Of a stretch of 64,000 nucleotides of DNA, positions 37,301 through 47,977 are shown piece after piece. This DNA comes from Naegleria gruberi. Lineage: Eukaryota. The stretch lies in NCBI GenBank assembly GCA_000004985.1, contig GG738926.1. One strand, written 5' to 3'. A program made the position numbers and the translations under genes. The notes beneath the pieces were generated by a model. The model was not told the DNA's origin, did no database searches, and saw nothing but the letters and a program-made list of their open reading frames with translations. Every line of letters begins with the position of its first letter. Position 1 is the stretch's first letter.

Positions 37301-40300
37301 TGGTGAGTGGCCTGCAATTAACCTGAGTCGTCCACTCGATCATGGCAATGCAAGAGAGGGAGCTAGAAATACCCAAACATCATCTAATAAGAAGGGTCAA
37401 GTTGAATTTGTTGACTATAGAAATAGATTTAAATCATTGAGATTATTTTTAATTGAATTCTTCCAAGCCAGTAAGAATTATCAATTAGAAGCAGAAAGAA
37501 CACCACTCATTTACAATTTAGTCAAAATCAGCTACAAATGCCTAATTTACCGTATTTTTAATCCATATGGCAACGATAGCGATTCACTCCAATTAAAGGC
37601 TAAGCTGGAACCAACTAATGCACCAATGTCTAACTCTGAAAGCTTTAAACTAATTGTAGAAGGTCAGGATGAGTACTTGTACTCCATGAAGGAAATGGAA
37701 GAATTCTTTAGTGCTTTATTGAAGACTCTTGATTCAACCAATGATAAGGGTGATAGAGCTACCATGTTTGATGACATTGAACAAAATTTAAATACCATGA
37801 AGATTAAGAAGAAGATTCTTGATATTTTCCTCTATGCTATGGATTTAAGAATTGACTATAGAATTTCTCTTATTATTACTGCCTACAATGCAAGAAACAA
37901 GATACTTATCACAGAAAATCAATTGAATGAATTCATCAAGAAAACAATTTATCAACCTGTTAACTTTTTCCAATTTGATAATGACAGCAGTGGCTCATAC
38001 AAGAACTTTGCATTCCCACTTTTAATTTTATTTAAATATCAAAATAGAGAAATTCCAGAAACAGCTTTGAAACTTTTGCAAAGATCTTTCAATCAAGCTA
38101 AGGAATTGAAAGAAAATTTACAAAAGGTTTCAATTTTAATTTCACAAAAATCAAGAAAGGCTTATCAATTGATTTATGCACTCTTTAATAGAATTCAAGT
38201 TCTTGTTTCTACAAGTACCTTCACCGGAGGTGATACATCTCCTGATTTTACCCTATTCAAAGACACTTGCTCTCAGTTAGGAAAATTAATGAAGGAAATT
38301 AAGGGTACGAAATCAGCATTCCGTAATCTTGGAGGCCATGAGCTTATCCTAAAGTGTTTGAGTACTTCATATCCTCAATACATCAAGGATAGGTTGAGTT
38401 TGTGCTGTATTGAATTGTTGACCGAGTTTGTAAGAGGGGACCAGAAGAATCAATTGGAACTCTTTAGAGAATTCAGATTCTTATTGGAAATCATGTCAAA
38501 TCAACTGGATACAACCGAGTTGTTGACAGAAATAGTACGTGAAAATGATCAAATCTTACTTTCAATGATCGACCCATTACTGATTAAATTATACTTGGAA
38601 AAAATAATATCAGTAGGTGCCAAGTCCTATCATTTAAACTTTTTACGTATCTTGACATGTGACTCTATGGGACATTCAATTCCTGCCAATCAAAACGAAA
38701 TTATTAATAATTTGAAAGAAGATTACCGTTCAATGATTGTTCTCTATAATGAAGAAGACTCAATGAAGGAACGTGAACGAATGATCAAAAATAATGACCA
38801 TCTTATTATTGGATCTGATTTGAATTACCATATTAACCTTTTATATTTGTTGAGAGATTGTACTCGTGACAAGGTTGGTCTTGCTGAAGGATCTGTACAG
38901 GCTATTTTACCATTCTCTGAGATGTTGTCTCATTTGACTGACTGTTATCTTATTCCTCCAGTTAGAGATCCAATGATGAAACTTTTGACAGAGTTGTACT
39001 TTATTACTGAAAAAGAGTCCACTCAAGATTTGTCTGATGTTAAAATTTGGAAACTTTTCCAAAAAATCAATGTTGAAATATCAACTTGGCTTCAAAATGA
39101 TGGTTGTATGAGATATCCAAAGGAATTTGAAGATGCATACTATTCTAAATATCCAGGAACAGAGATTCGAACTGTTTCAACTAATAACACAAATCAATCA
39201 AATTCTGATGAAACTAACAGTGAGGAGGTATTCAAGCGTGCATTCTTCAATGGATCTGATGAAGAAATATTTGTCAATGATATTTACATTTTCAAAGTTT
39301 TACTTCCTTTCATTGAAAGCTTCTTTGAAATGGTTTTCAATAAGGATGTTAAAAAAATGTTGTTGCAAAAGGAAAATAAGGAAGAAATCAAGACCATTAT
39401 TTATGATTTATTGAATAATATCACCCAAATTTACCTACATTGCTCATCCCATCGTGAAGATGTCAAGAGATGCCACATGTCCATTCAAAAGATTATGATA
39501 ACATCCGACATTGATGTGGACAGCAAATTCAAGCAACTTACCAAATTGGCTTTGGCTAAATCATCTACTGCCATGATGATCAAACAAGAATCTAATAAGG
39601 TTATGAAGCAAAAATATGCTGTTAAGAATATTGAAGAAGATTTCTTGCTCAAATACAAGAATTTCCTTGAAGAACTTGAAAAGAAAGGATTCTTCAAAGA
39701 GAAGGAACAATCTGATTTACCAAAGTTTGCTCAATTGCTGCAATCACATATTGAAGAATACTTACCAAGACTTGTTATGGTTCTTAAAATAATGATTGAA
39801 AATGGCGTCACAAGAGAAATGCAAGAAACATTCTTGGATTCAATTTCTACAATTGGTGCCATAGTACAACAGTACAATGCCAAGGAGGATTATAACTTCT
39901 CTGTACAACATTCCATTCCTGAATTGGTTCTCTTTTTGATTTGTTCAAGCAATAATGTATTTTCCAAACATGGTTTGGAGTTGGGAATTTCAACACTTGA
40001 TGGTGGTAATATTGAAAATCAACAACTTTATAATCGTCTCTTGAGAAGTGGAAATTATGAAAATTTCTTTGTGTCTATCAAGAACAAGATTAAACAATCC
40101 ATCTTGGAAGAAAAAGAAATGAGGAAGAGAGGAGCAACAAAATTGACAACCGAGTTGACATCCTATGCATGGGAGGTTTTAAGATTCTTACAATTGTTGT
40201 GTGAAGGTCACAACTTGGAGAATCAGCAAATGTTGCAAGATCAATCATCATTCAACAGAATGAGTATTGATCTTGTCAGTGAGTGCATAGAATATGTGAT

Positions 40301-42665
40301 CCACTTGTTCAAATATCTCAGTGCTTCCAACATTGACAAGGTTATTCAGGCCTTCAACTCTTTGAATGAATTTGTTCAGGGTCCTTGTGAACAGTCAATC
40401 CGTACTCTTTCATACTCATCAGGTTTATTTACAGTATTTAATGACATTGTTGAAAATGATATCATGATTGACAAGTCTTTACAAACTGAACCAACTGGAG
40501 CTTCTTTTGCAATGCATCAGTCACGTTCCACTTTCCTTCTCAAACATCAATCTATGGCTAATCAAAATGCTAATCTGAAAGCTGTAGAATTGGTGGATCA
40601 CATTACACTTAAGAAGGAAATGAACTTGTTAAAGACAGCCATTATCACACTTACAAGTATGTTGGAAGGAGGAAATAGATTGGCCAAGAGAATGGAAAGA
40701 AAATATCTCAACATCGAGCCTCTTATCGAACGTATGGAACAATGTGCTGATATGTGTATGCAAATGTCGTTCATTCAAAGTTTGATCATCAAAAGAAGAG
40801 AATTTAAAAAGTTTTCATCTGGAATTTTTGAACAATTCAGAGCTAACAAATCAAATATGGATCAAATGTTGTCATCAAAACTCAGCAAAGATTTTGGACA
40901 ACTACCAATAGAAAAGAAGCTCAAGTACTCAAATGATGTCAACCAGTATATCAGCAGGATGAAAGAATATGTTATTGAAGAATGTGAAGAGATAGGAACT
41001 AGTATTTACATACTTCTTAAATATTTAAATATTGAGATGGCAGATAGTTTTGAAGATGAGGACAGTGTTAGAAGAACTATAGTTTATCAATATTATCAAA
41101 GCTTGACAGGAAGTATCGAAATTATCCGTGATTCTAATATTGAAATTGTTAACTTTAAAAAGCCACACATGTGTCATAATTTATTGGAACAAACGAAGGA
41201 TGAGTTTGTACAACAATGTAATCGTGAAACAGCACAAACCAAAGTTGCAGATCTCTATGAATGGACCTATACTGTATTCTATACTGAAATGTTGCATTTA
41301 GAAAGGTATAGACAGAATGCAAATGGTTGGGAATCAAAAACTTGGAGATTTTTGGAAAATTACTGGAAGTATATGAAGAATTTATCCTTCCTTTTCTCTC
41401 TTTGTATTAATATTATTGTGCTCATATCTTTCCACAAGAAGTATGATGTATTCTCTGGAAATCTACCTATTCCTGGACAAAGTTATGGAGATAAAGGAAT
41501 TGATGGCATGATTATTACCCAAGGATTCAAGTGGTGGGGTGTTGGTATATTGGTTATTGTGTTAGGTATAATTCAGCTCATCACAACTCTATTACTGATA
41601 TTAATTTATTTGAGATTCTTCCTATTATTGAATGTGAAAAAGAAATTTGAACTAAAGAAAGGAGAAACATGGGAAGATGCTAAAACGAAGGATGACTTTA
41701 AGAAGAAGCTAATAATTAACATTCTCTCTGATAAGTACCTCTGGTGGTTGATTATTTACTTCTTGATTTCACTGATTGGTCTGTTTGTTACTCCACTGGT
41801 TTATTGTCTCCAGTTGTTTGAAGTAGTTACTTTGAGCCATGTTTTGCAAGATATTGTATTTTCAATTTTTGAAAACAGGAAGAAATTCTTCTTGTTCTCA
41901 ATCCTTACCATTTTCTCTCTGACTGCCTATGCTTTTACAGTATTTGCCTTCAAATGGGAGCAATGGATTATTGGCACAACGAATGCGTGTTCCAATACCA
42001 TACTGTGTTTTGCCACCACAATCAATTACAGTGTTAGAGCTGAAGCCTTCTTGGAAAATATTATGGACCCTCAACCGAATGACGTATTCAGATTCTTTAT
42101 GGATATTGTTTTCTACTTTATTGTAGTAGTTATTTTGTTGGATGTCTTGTTTGGTTTGATTTTGGACTCTTTCAGCGAACGTCGTGAAGCTCGTAACAAA
42201 TTGGAAAAGGAAAAGAAGGAGATTTGCTTTATTTGCCATAATGAAAAGAGTAGATTTGATATTCATGCCAATGAAGGTATCAACTTTGAAACTCACATTA
42301 TGAATGAGCATAACATGTGGAATTATGTCTATTTCCTCATTTACCTTTCCCAAAAACCACGTGATGAATATACTGGTACTGAGCAATATGTAGAATTGAA
42401 TGCAGCTAAATTATCATTCTTCCCAACCTTGAGAAGTAGAACTCTTGAATTGGTAGAAAGTGGATTATTGATGGAAGAAAAGTTACAACCTGACCATACA
42501 TCCTCCTCTGCTGATTCTGATGATGAGGATGAAAATGATTCTCATGACAACAGAGCAGATTTTGACATTTCTCAAACGCAATCAAAGAAGGGATCACTTA
42601 CAAAGATGAATGATGACTTTGAATCTATGATTAACAATAAGGATAGTTTGTTATTGTACATTTAA
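34332..42665 (+). CDS. iplA: Inositol 1,4,5-trisphosphate receptor-like Ca2+ release channel (IplA-type), single exon, 2777 aa
   Basis: N-terminal MIR/beta-trefoil-like ligand-binding region. Huge helical regulatory region. C-terminal 6-TM channel domain followed by the IP3R/RyR-specific CFICHNEKSRFD...HNMWNYVYFLIYLSQKPRDEYTGTEQYV Zn-finger/C-terminal motif. Confidence 0.85.
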   Translation: MVIRTESSTSLSSVLHETSSTNGSVSNSTSSSASSSSFTNTSNTLRYGDIISLAIYFNPTIQSSQQQQQTISSSSFDKLNNSMMDILHDRNSTTTPSTPTSNSPFPSSPSAPTTTTTTTSLEQIVGFLSIKGLPGHTRCGLSVDESILKSFDNSLFMVCQGDTYTARKKFNKFQSHLQSLQNSNNNGAVNHVNSTNNLNASSYSFGSSFKNQQVNTNNKQQVMINNLNYQNQLNELKERMNREDQENTIEKERSWGKPILYGQRIQLYHIKSGMYLNVLRSNADLEKSSLKLSLSEGDRMCHFQFAPHFKFRTEGEPIRLTDKVIIMNEKTKHSVHISHYKYVRPIIVRDFDRYEVNASSHPGDNIWILRLYRSYLPMDQLFIKGGDTIRIVHRDLLGALYHPTPSIENTSATVVSTPTTSSDESCSLNLNGKYSSSSITTLFQIEGLDSSRGGIMYYATPCRFKHVSTGKYIAAKQVEVPDIEGNSGSLIGNSNNNTATTTGATNNTATSTNTVSAARSGWRNLRRRVKIKLKLVLTDNPRDEASVFYLYSSENSNQFTTSDPILGQSLLRIKHAQSNTWLRANDLSNKITFNNSNNNSNNLMELWFDLIQREKDVFSMEHVNNTFQINLIKEIYPILTNFDINSHYQRNDIDILLNALKLVIYLCTDSIQEDPLKREGSPHTEIQNHFKEMNIIDAIFTIIDLLDNNNNAIKMTSTPRDSSPMLRRSSMLTDNNETTVYSTRFNSILVQMCYRAIKQLAKQNIVNCTHVLNKYFTTMQDHLSRDVGGQEVSNALVEIIHNNMEVLEQIPSEKINHFFKLITTRQKKPLFVSFLSNLCRCGERPVTKNQKHLVMLLSEIDCRNVFYLPEYDDRDGKIYVYCNDVDSIESESQVAIDEGVTVIDETKKAERILLSELSSYNNQMFRILIEGLSLLSSLCVGRHLAGINYVSELLPLDLVMGVVENESYGIELRSAMCEILEYCFLDNTSTGEWPAINLSRPLDHGNAREGARNTQTSSNKKGQVEFVDYRNRFKSLRLFLIEFFQASKNYQLEAERTPLIYNLVKISYKCLIYRIFNPYGNDSDSLQLKAKLEPTNAPMSNSESFKLIVEGQDEYLYSMKEMEEFFSALLKTLDSTNDKGDRATMFDDIEQNLNTMKIKKKILDIFLYAMDLRIDYRISLIITAYNARNKILITENQLNEFIKKTIYQPVNFFQFDNDSSGSYKNFAFPLLILFKYQNREIPETALKLLQRSFNQAKELKENLQKVSILISQKSRKAYQLIYALFNRIQVLVSTSTFTGGDTSPDFTLFKDTCSQLGKLMKEIKGTKSAFRNLGGHELILKCLSTSYPQYIKDRLSLCCIELLTEFVRGDQKNQLELFREFRFLLEIMSNQLDTTELLTEIVRENDQILLSMIDPLLIKLYLEKIISVGAKSYHLNFLRILTCDSMGHSIPANQNEIINNLKEDYRSMIVLYNEEDSMKERERMIKNNDHLIIGSDLNYHINLLYLLRDCTRDKVGLAEGSVQAILPFSEMLSHLTDCYLIPPVRDPMMKLLTELYFITEKESTQDLSDVKIWKLFQKINVEISTWLQNDGCMRYPKEFEDAYYSKYPGTEIRTVSTNNTNQSNSDETNSEEVFKRAFFNGSDEEIFVNDIYIFKVLLPFIESFFEMVFNKDVKKMLLQKENKEEIKTIIYDLLNNITQIYLHCSSHREDVKRCHMSIQKIMITSDIDVDSKFKQLTKLALAKSSTAMMIKQESNKVMKQKYAVKNIEEDFLLKYKNFLEELEKKGFFKEKEQSDLPKFAQLLQSHIEEYLPRLVMVLKIMIENGVTREMQETFLDSISTIGAIVQQYNAKEDYNFSVQHSIPELVLFLICSSNNVFSKHGLELGISTLDGGNIENQQLYNRLLRSGNYENFFVSIKNKIKQSILEEKEMRKRGATKLTTELTSYAWEVLRFLQLLCEGHNLENQQMLQDQSSFNRMSIDLVSECIEYVIHLFKYLSASNIDKVIQAFNSLNEFVQGPCEQSIRTLSYSSGLFTVFNDIVENDIMIDKSLQTEPTGASFAMHQSRSTFLLKHQSMANQNANLKAVELVDHITLKKEMNLLKTAIITLTSMLEGGNRLAKRMERKYLNIEPLIERMEQCADMCMQMSFIQSLIIKRREFKKFSSGIFEQFRANKSNMDQMLSSKLSKDFGQLPIEKKLKYSNDVNQYISRMKEYVIEECEEIGTSIYILLKYLNIEMADSFEDEDSVRRTIVYQYYQSLTGSIEIIRDSNIEIVNFKKPHMCHNLLEQTKDEFVQQCNRETAQTKVADLYEWTYTVFYTEMLHLERYRQNANGWESKTWRFLENYWKYMKNLSFLFSLCINIIVLISFHKKYDVFSGNLPIPGQSYGDKGIDGMIITQGFKWWGVGILVIVLGIIQLITTLLLILIYLRFFLLLNVKKKFELKKGETWEDAKTKDDFKKKLIINILSDKYLWWLIIYFLISLIGLFVTPLVYCLQLFEVVTLSHVLQDIVFSIFENRKKFFLFSILTIFSLTAYAFTVFAFKWEQWIIGTTNACSNTILCFATTINYSVRAEAFLENIMDPQPNDVFRFFMDIVFYFIVVVILLDVLFGLILDSFSERREARNKLEKEKKEICFICHNEKSRFDIHANEGINFETHIMNEHNMWNYVYFLIYLSQKPRDEYTGTEQYVELNAAKLSFFPTLRSRTLELVESGLLMEEKLQPDHTSSSADSDDEDENDSHDNRADFDISQTQSKKGSLTKMNDDFESMINNKDSLLLYI

Positions 42666-42683
42666 TAAATCCAATAAACCGGT

Positions 42684-43661
42684 TTATTTGCAAGAAAAAC
42701 AAGAACATGCTGGTATTATTTGGGAAGAACTGACACAATGGTCAATTTTGACAAGCGTGGAGGTGCTGATTTGTTCTGGAAAGTCAAATTGCACATTTCT
42801 CTTTACCCTCTTGTAAACAGCATTGGATTTAATAAACTCTTTGATATTTTGTGAATTACTAGTATTCATGTGATATTCAATTTTGATAAATTCAATGGCT
42901 TTCAGGTAGTTCTCTGTTGCATTATCGTAAGATTTATGACTGGTGCAAAATTCTCCAAAGAGTGAGAAAACTTCTTGTAAGTGTCTATAACATTGTATCT
43001 TGGAGGTGGTTGTGTCAAAATTGTCATTACTCAAAGCTTGTTTAAAGTAATTTATCGATTTTTCAAAAACGTGAGACTTGGTCAAAAGGGTTTTGGTTTC
43101 ACTAGCATTTTCGGAATTGATGTAAACTGTTTCTATATATCCAAACTCATCAATGTTTAATTTACTAAATATTGTAAATAAACAAACTCCAATAGTATCA
43201 CAAGTATGTGATTTAAATGATGTCGAGTCTCCTATTTCTATTAAATATTTAAATAAATCTATTAAATGTGTATAATTCACATAAATATCTTCCGAATCCA
43301 TTAGTGCTTGATCAATAGATACTATTCCGAACTTGTGATAAATATTCATAGTCCTATGCATAAAATCAAAATAAACATTCTTAAATTCCAACAATCTATT
43401 TAACACCTTCAACATTAAAACAATATTTTGATAATGCTCGGCTTGTTCAAATAAATTTAAAAGCTCCACTTCATTACATTCACTAATATCACCCAGTAAA
43501 CGACTCGATTTTTTCAATGATTTTCTTGGTGGTACAACCTGAGCCTTCGGAGGAGATGCTGTAATTTCCTTCACCTCCTGTTCTTCATCATCAGTTTTCT
43601 TCTTCAATTGTTTAATGCTGATCGGAGAAAAACTGGTCGAGGCTTCTTCATTGTTGTTCAT
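42684..43661 (-). CDS. Hypothetical protein (325 aa), convergent with the IP3R-like gene (stop codons 19 bp apart)
   Basis: Long ORF with ordinary composition. No domain I can name. Confidence 0.4.
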   Translation of the reverse strand: MNNNEEASTSFSPISIKQLKKKTDDEEQEVKEITASPPKAQVVPPRKSLKKSSRLLGDISECNEVELLNLFEQAEHYQNIVLMLKVLNRLLEFKNVYFDFMHRTMNIYHKFGIVSIDQALMDSEDIYVNYTHLIDLFKYLIEIGDSTSFKSHTCDTIGVCLFTIFSKLNIDEFGYIETVYINSENASETKTLLTKSHVFEKSINYFKQALSNDNFDTTTSKIQCYRHLQEVFSLFGEFCTSHKSYDNATENYLKAIEFIKIEYHMNTSNSQNIKEFIKSNAVYKRVKRNVQFDFPEQISTSTLVKIDHCVSSSQIIPACSCFSCK

Positions 43662-43874
43662 TTTTTTTGATTATTATTTGGAAATGAAAAATGGCGCCAT
43701 AATTGTCCAAGGCTTGAGGTTTAATTAAGGAATCGACAAGTTATTCCATCGGTTCTTATATTCCCGACCAAAGTGACTTGTTAAAAATCAGTGGAATCAA
43801 TAAACAATTGAACCAGATTGGAATCTAGGATTGGAGGATGTGGACAGATAAAAGTTTATTCAAAATTTTTTGAT

Positions 43875-45482
43875 TTATTGTGTTGATTTCTTCTTCTTTC
43901 TATTAAAACATGAACAGAATGGCCAATAGATAAATTCATAGACATCCAAAACTGATTTCATATTCAATAGATAGAGAGTAAGCAATAATAGGATCCATAT
44001 CAAAATGAGTTCTGATATGAATTCCAATGCCAAACTACCATCACCCATTGAAAAACTAGTTGACTCTGTGTTGAATTGAATATTCTCAACGGAAATCAAT
44101 ATGAGAAAGATGCACAAGACAATGAATGAAATTGTAATGAGCATTATAAATCTGGTAAATTTGAGAGATTTGAATGAATCAATCTTCTCCTGTGCATTCT
44201 TTGTTCTCGTCAAATCAAGGAATAATTTCATTCCAAATCCAAATATGGCCAAGCTCAAAACAATGAGGATTGTAATGAAGATGAGAAGAATGATACCAGT
44301 TCCCAACACTTCATTCAAACTAGAGGTGATAATATATGAAATTGCCACCGATAAGAAAAATCCCAATCCAACAAATAATAAAACTCTGAGTGGAATTAAG
44401 AGTTTTGGATCTGTGAGTTGTTTTCTCTTTTCACTGAATGCTAAATTGACCCACAGCAAGGTTACTACAAAGACACAAACAGTGATGAGGTAGTACACGA
44501 TGGCAATGATTAGTCTGGTTCTTTTAAAATCCTGAACTCCTAAAATTACTGCTCTAGCTATGGCATAGCCAATTATGGTGAGTGAAATCATAACTTTCAA
44601 AATTAAGGTAAAATGTTTTACAGAAAACCATGTAAATTCTGGATAAATATCAGAATCCTTTTCAATACCCATTGATCCCTCTTCACTGCCAGTCCACAAC
44701 GATCTAACATAGGTATTGAACTTGACAATTAAGTTTCTAATAACTTTGAATATTCTCAATTGAATAATAGAAGGAATAAGTGAAACTGTAATTGACACAA
44801 ATGCAACAATAAATGCCAAAATAACTACAATATAATGATAGGCATAAAAAGCTCGTTTCGAATGAATCAAATTACAATTAGTGGCCCACAAATTCTCCTC
44901 CTCGCAATAACACATAATAGTTGTGGTGTTTCCTCTATACGAATCTACAAAAGGACTACTTTTCGAATTGCCACACAATTGTGTTTGATCATAATCTGGA
45001 TTTTGAGCCATTATAATATCAATAGTTCTGTCCACTCCTCTACACTCTGAAACATTCCACATTTTCATTCGAAACTCATTACTCACCACATTACACAACA
45101 TGCAATATCTCTGAAAAACATAAGAAGGAAGGTCAAGACAAATTTCCTGACACGTTGTTTCGTTCCAATCGGGATGACCATTCCTTGCAGACTCACAAAA
45201 ATCATAAACTAAACTATCCATCACAACTTGTTGGTTATTTGGAAAGGGAACAATGTAGGAATCGGCTACAAGAATCTTGTTGAAACAAGGATAGGGAGTT
45301 GTGTTATTTTCACATGGCTCTTGGAAAATAAAGGGACTGTAATAGAGTGAATTATTATTGGCAGTTGAGTTGAGTGAAGTGTTGTAATAGAGTTGTTGTT
45401 CTTGTCCTAAACAATTATTAGAAACTGATGTGAATAAACAAAAAAGAAGGACAAGAAGAAGAATACCAAGGTTGTGAGACAT
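43875..45482 (-). CDS. Seven-transmembrane receptor-like protein with signal peptide and Cys-rich N-terminal ectodomain. Candidate frizzled/smoothened-like (Fsl) class. Tandem paralog 1.
   Basis: MSHNLGILLLVLLFCLFTSVS signal. About 14 conserved Cys (CENNTTPYPCFNKI, QRYCMLCNVVSNEFRMKMWNVSEC). Seven hydrophobic helices in the C-terminal half. Confidence 0.6.
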   Translation of the reverse strand: MSHNLGILLLVLLFCLFTSVSNNCLGQEQQLYYNTSLNSTANNNSLYYSPFIFQEPCENNTTPYPCFNKILVADSYIVPFPNNQQVVMDSLVYDFCESARNGHPDWNETTCQEICLDLPSYVFQRYCMLCNVVSNEFRMKMWNVSECRGVDRTIDIIMAQNPDYDQTQLCGNSKSSPFVDSYRGNTTTIMCYCEEENLWATNCNLIHSKRAFYAYHYIVVILAFIVAFVSITVSLIPSIIQLRIFKVIRNLIVKFNTYVRSLWTGSEEGSMGIEKDSDIYPEFTWFSVKHFTLILKVMISLTIIGYAIARAVILGVQDFKRTRLIIAIVYYLITVCVFVVTLLWVNLAFSEKRKQLTDPKLLIPLRVLLFVGLGFFLSVAISYIITSSLNEVLGTGIILLIFITILIVLSLAIFGFGMKLFLDLTRTKNAQEKIDSFKSLKFTRFIMLITISFIVLCIFLILISVENIQFNTESTSFSMGDGSLALEFISELILIWILLLLTLYLLNMKSVLDVYEFIYWPFCSCFNRKKKKSTQ

Positions 45483-46168
45483 TTTGTTTTTTCAGAGAAT
45501 TGACCACGTTCCATTGGTGGTCTATCCGTCTCAATTTGGTAATTGATTTGTGAACAGGAAACTCTGCAAAAACTGAGCAATTTGATAGGTGGAACAATCC
45601 ATACCCAACAGAAGAGAGAAGAATTTCTGTTTCATTGAAGCTGTTAATTGCTTGAGATTCATTGTTTATTCAATCTGCCTCCTAAATAGAGCATTGATTT
45701 AACTATATTTGTGAACATGAGAGTTGCTCTTTGTTTTGCAGTATCTGACACTTGAGATATGAACGGATCATTTATTAAGGAAGAAAAACTAATACAGAAA
45801 TTAAGAGTGAAAAAAAATGAATCAACAACCCTCAACTCCACAAAGCCAAACAAAACAGCAAATGTTCTTGTCCACCCTTAATCCAACGGAATATTTAGAT
45901 CAAATGTTGGTGACTGCTCACTTGAAGAATGCTATTACACAGAGTAGGTTTCCTAATATTTTCCGAGGTATTTAAAATTATAAAATAGTATTGGAAATGA
46001 GACCCGATGATCCACTAGAATTTATGGCGGAATAGTAAGTGGTTTTTTGTGAGAGTAATTAGTATTTACATATTCTATATCTGACCATAGTTTTAGTGAA
46101 GCTGCAAAGGAAAAGAAGAAAGTTTAATTGATGCAATCCAAATAGTACCTGTTTGAAGAGTATTAATG

Positions 46169-47761
46169 TTAGTTACTCGCTACTTGTTGAGGTGTTTTCT
46201 TCTTTTTGAATAGACCTACAATAGGCCAATAGAGAAACTCATAGGTATCCATAGCAGAGTTATGATTATACAAGTAGAAAGTTATCAAAGTAAGCATCCA
46301 AATCATAACGAGTTCAATAACAAATTCTATTGCCAATCCCAAATCGCCTCGAATAAAATTCACACCAAAGTTTTCTAATGAAAATATTATCAATAGTACA
46401 CACAAAATGATAAATGACGTGGTAATGAGAACTATGAATCGTGTAAATTTCATTGAAACAAAGGAGTCAATGTTATCCTTTTTGACTCTTGTAACTTTGT
46501 AATAGAGAGTAAAACCTGCAATAATAATAGCCAATCCTAACACTATTAAAATAGACATGAAAACTAGCAAAATTGTTCCTGATCCAATATTCAATGCCAG
46601 TATTCTTGTAATGACATAAGCAGCTAAGACTAGAAACATGAAAATTAATCCCACAATATAAATCACTCTGAGAGGAATCAACAATTGATCTTCTGTTTTT
46701 TTCTTTAACTCTTTAACCATCAAATTAATCCATAAAATGCAAATTGTAAATGTACTAATTGTAATCAGGAAAAAGACTATTGCTAAAATTATTTTGTAAT
46801 TGCTGAAATCTTCCACTATGAATAAAGCTATTCTAGATGCAAAGTATCCAAAGGCAGTACATGGAATAAGTAGATTTAACATGAATATGAAATGCTTGAG
46901 AGAAAATGCTTGCTTGGGCAGGAAAATTTCAGAATCACTTAAAACCAATCTCTCGTCTCCCTTAAAGGCAACCCTAACTAAATTATTGAGTTTTTGATTT
47001 AAAACTCTCACCTTTTTGAATAGTCTCGACTGAATTAGGGTTGGCAAGAGAAGCACAGAAAAAGAGAACACAGAAATGAGGAATGATAGAATAATAATAA
47101 TGTAGTGATAGGAGAAATAAGCAAGCTTTGTGGAGAGGTAGCCACAATTGGATGCCCAATAATCCCCCTCCTCACAATAACAAATAGTAACTGTTTGTTG
47201 AATTAGATAGAGAAGTAAAAGAGAACTTTTCGAACTGCCACAAATTTGGGTTTGATCGTAATCTGATGATTTTGTCATGGCCATATCAATTCTTCGGTCA
47301 GGAGCTGGACACTCAGTAACATTCCACATCTTCATCCTAAATTCATTACTCACTACATTACACAACATGCAATAGTTTTGGAATGTTGGATTTGATGATT
47401 TAGTACAAAGCTCTGTGTAGCATTTTGTTGCATTCCAATTATTTCGTGTGGCATAATAGTGGCAAATATCAAATCCTCTTGGTCCAAACGAAACAAGTTT
47501 TTCATTTGGGAACAAAATAAAGCTTGAAAAGATGGTTATCTTGTTAAAACAAGGATAGGGTGTAGTGTTGTTTTCACACGGTTCCAAGAAAGCATTGGGA
47601 CTGTAGTAGAGAGGTTTGTTGTTTGCGGTTGTGTTGAGTGAAGTGTAATAGTAATAATTTTGTGATGATTGTACATTTGACATTAAAAGCAGTAAGAAGG
47701 CAACCACAACAATCATAACAAAGCAATTGAACATGTTTTTTGATTTGTGAAAGCGTAACAA
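46169..47761 (-). CDS. Seven-transmembrane receptor-like protein, tandem paralog 2 (same architecture; probable start Met at 47734)
   Basis: Shares CENNTTPYPCFNKI, NYCMLCNVVSNEFRMKMWNVTEC, LLIPLRV and the 7 TM helices with the 43875..45482 gene. Confidence 0.6.
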   Translation of the reverse strand: MLRFHKSKNMFNCFVMIVVVAFLLLLMSNVQSSQNYYYYTSLNTTANNKPLYYSPNAFLEPCENNTTPYPCFNKITIFSSFILFPNEKLVSFGPRGFDICHYYATRNNWNATKCYTELCTKSSNPTFQNYCMLCNVVSNEFRMKMWNVTECPAPDRRIDMAMTKSSDYDQTQICGSSKSSLLLLYLIQQTVTICYCEEGDYWASNCGYLSTKLAYFSYHYIIIILSFLISVFSFSVLLLPTLIQSRLFKKVRVLNQKLNNLVRVAFKGDERLVLSDSEIFLPKQAFSLKHFIFMLNLLIPCTAFGYFASRIALFIVEDFSNYKIILAIVFFLITISTFTICILWINLMVKELKKKTEDQLLIPLRVIYIVGLIFMFLVLAAYVITRILALNIGSGTILLVFMSILIVLGLAIIIAGFTLYYKVTRVKKDNIDSFVSMKFTRFIVLITTSFIILCVLLIIFSLENFGVNFIRGDLGLAIEFVIELVMIWMLTLITFYLYNHNSAMDTYEFLYWPIVGLFKKKKTPQQVASN

Positions 47762-47977
47762 TCATACACTCATATTATGAGCCCTTCTGTTGAAACGTTT
47801 TGCAGATCTACAAACAATTGTTTTGCCTTACCATAAATAGAAGGAACACTCAGAGATGTAACAGAGATGTAATATTACCTCTCTGAGAGGCATTTCCTTG
47901 AGTTCTTTAACAAGATGGGCTCTGATGAATATTAACCAAGTTGTCTGTTTTATCAATTACTGACTATCAATTGATAA

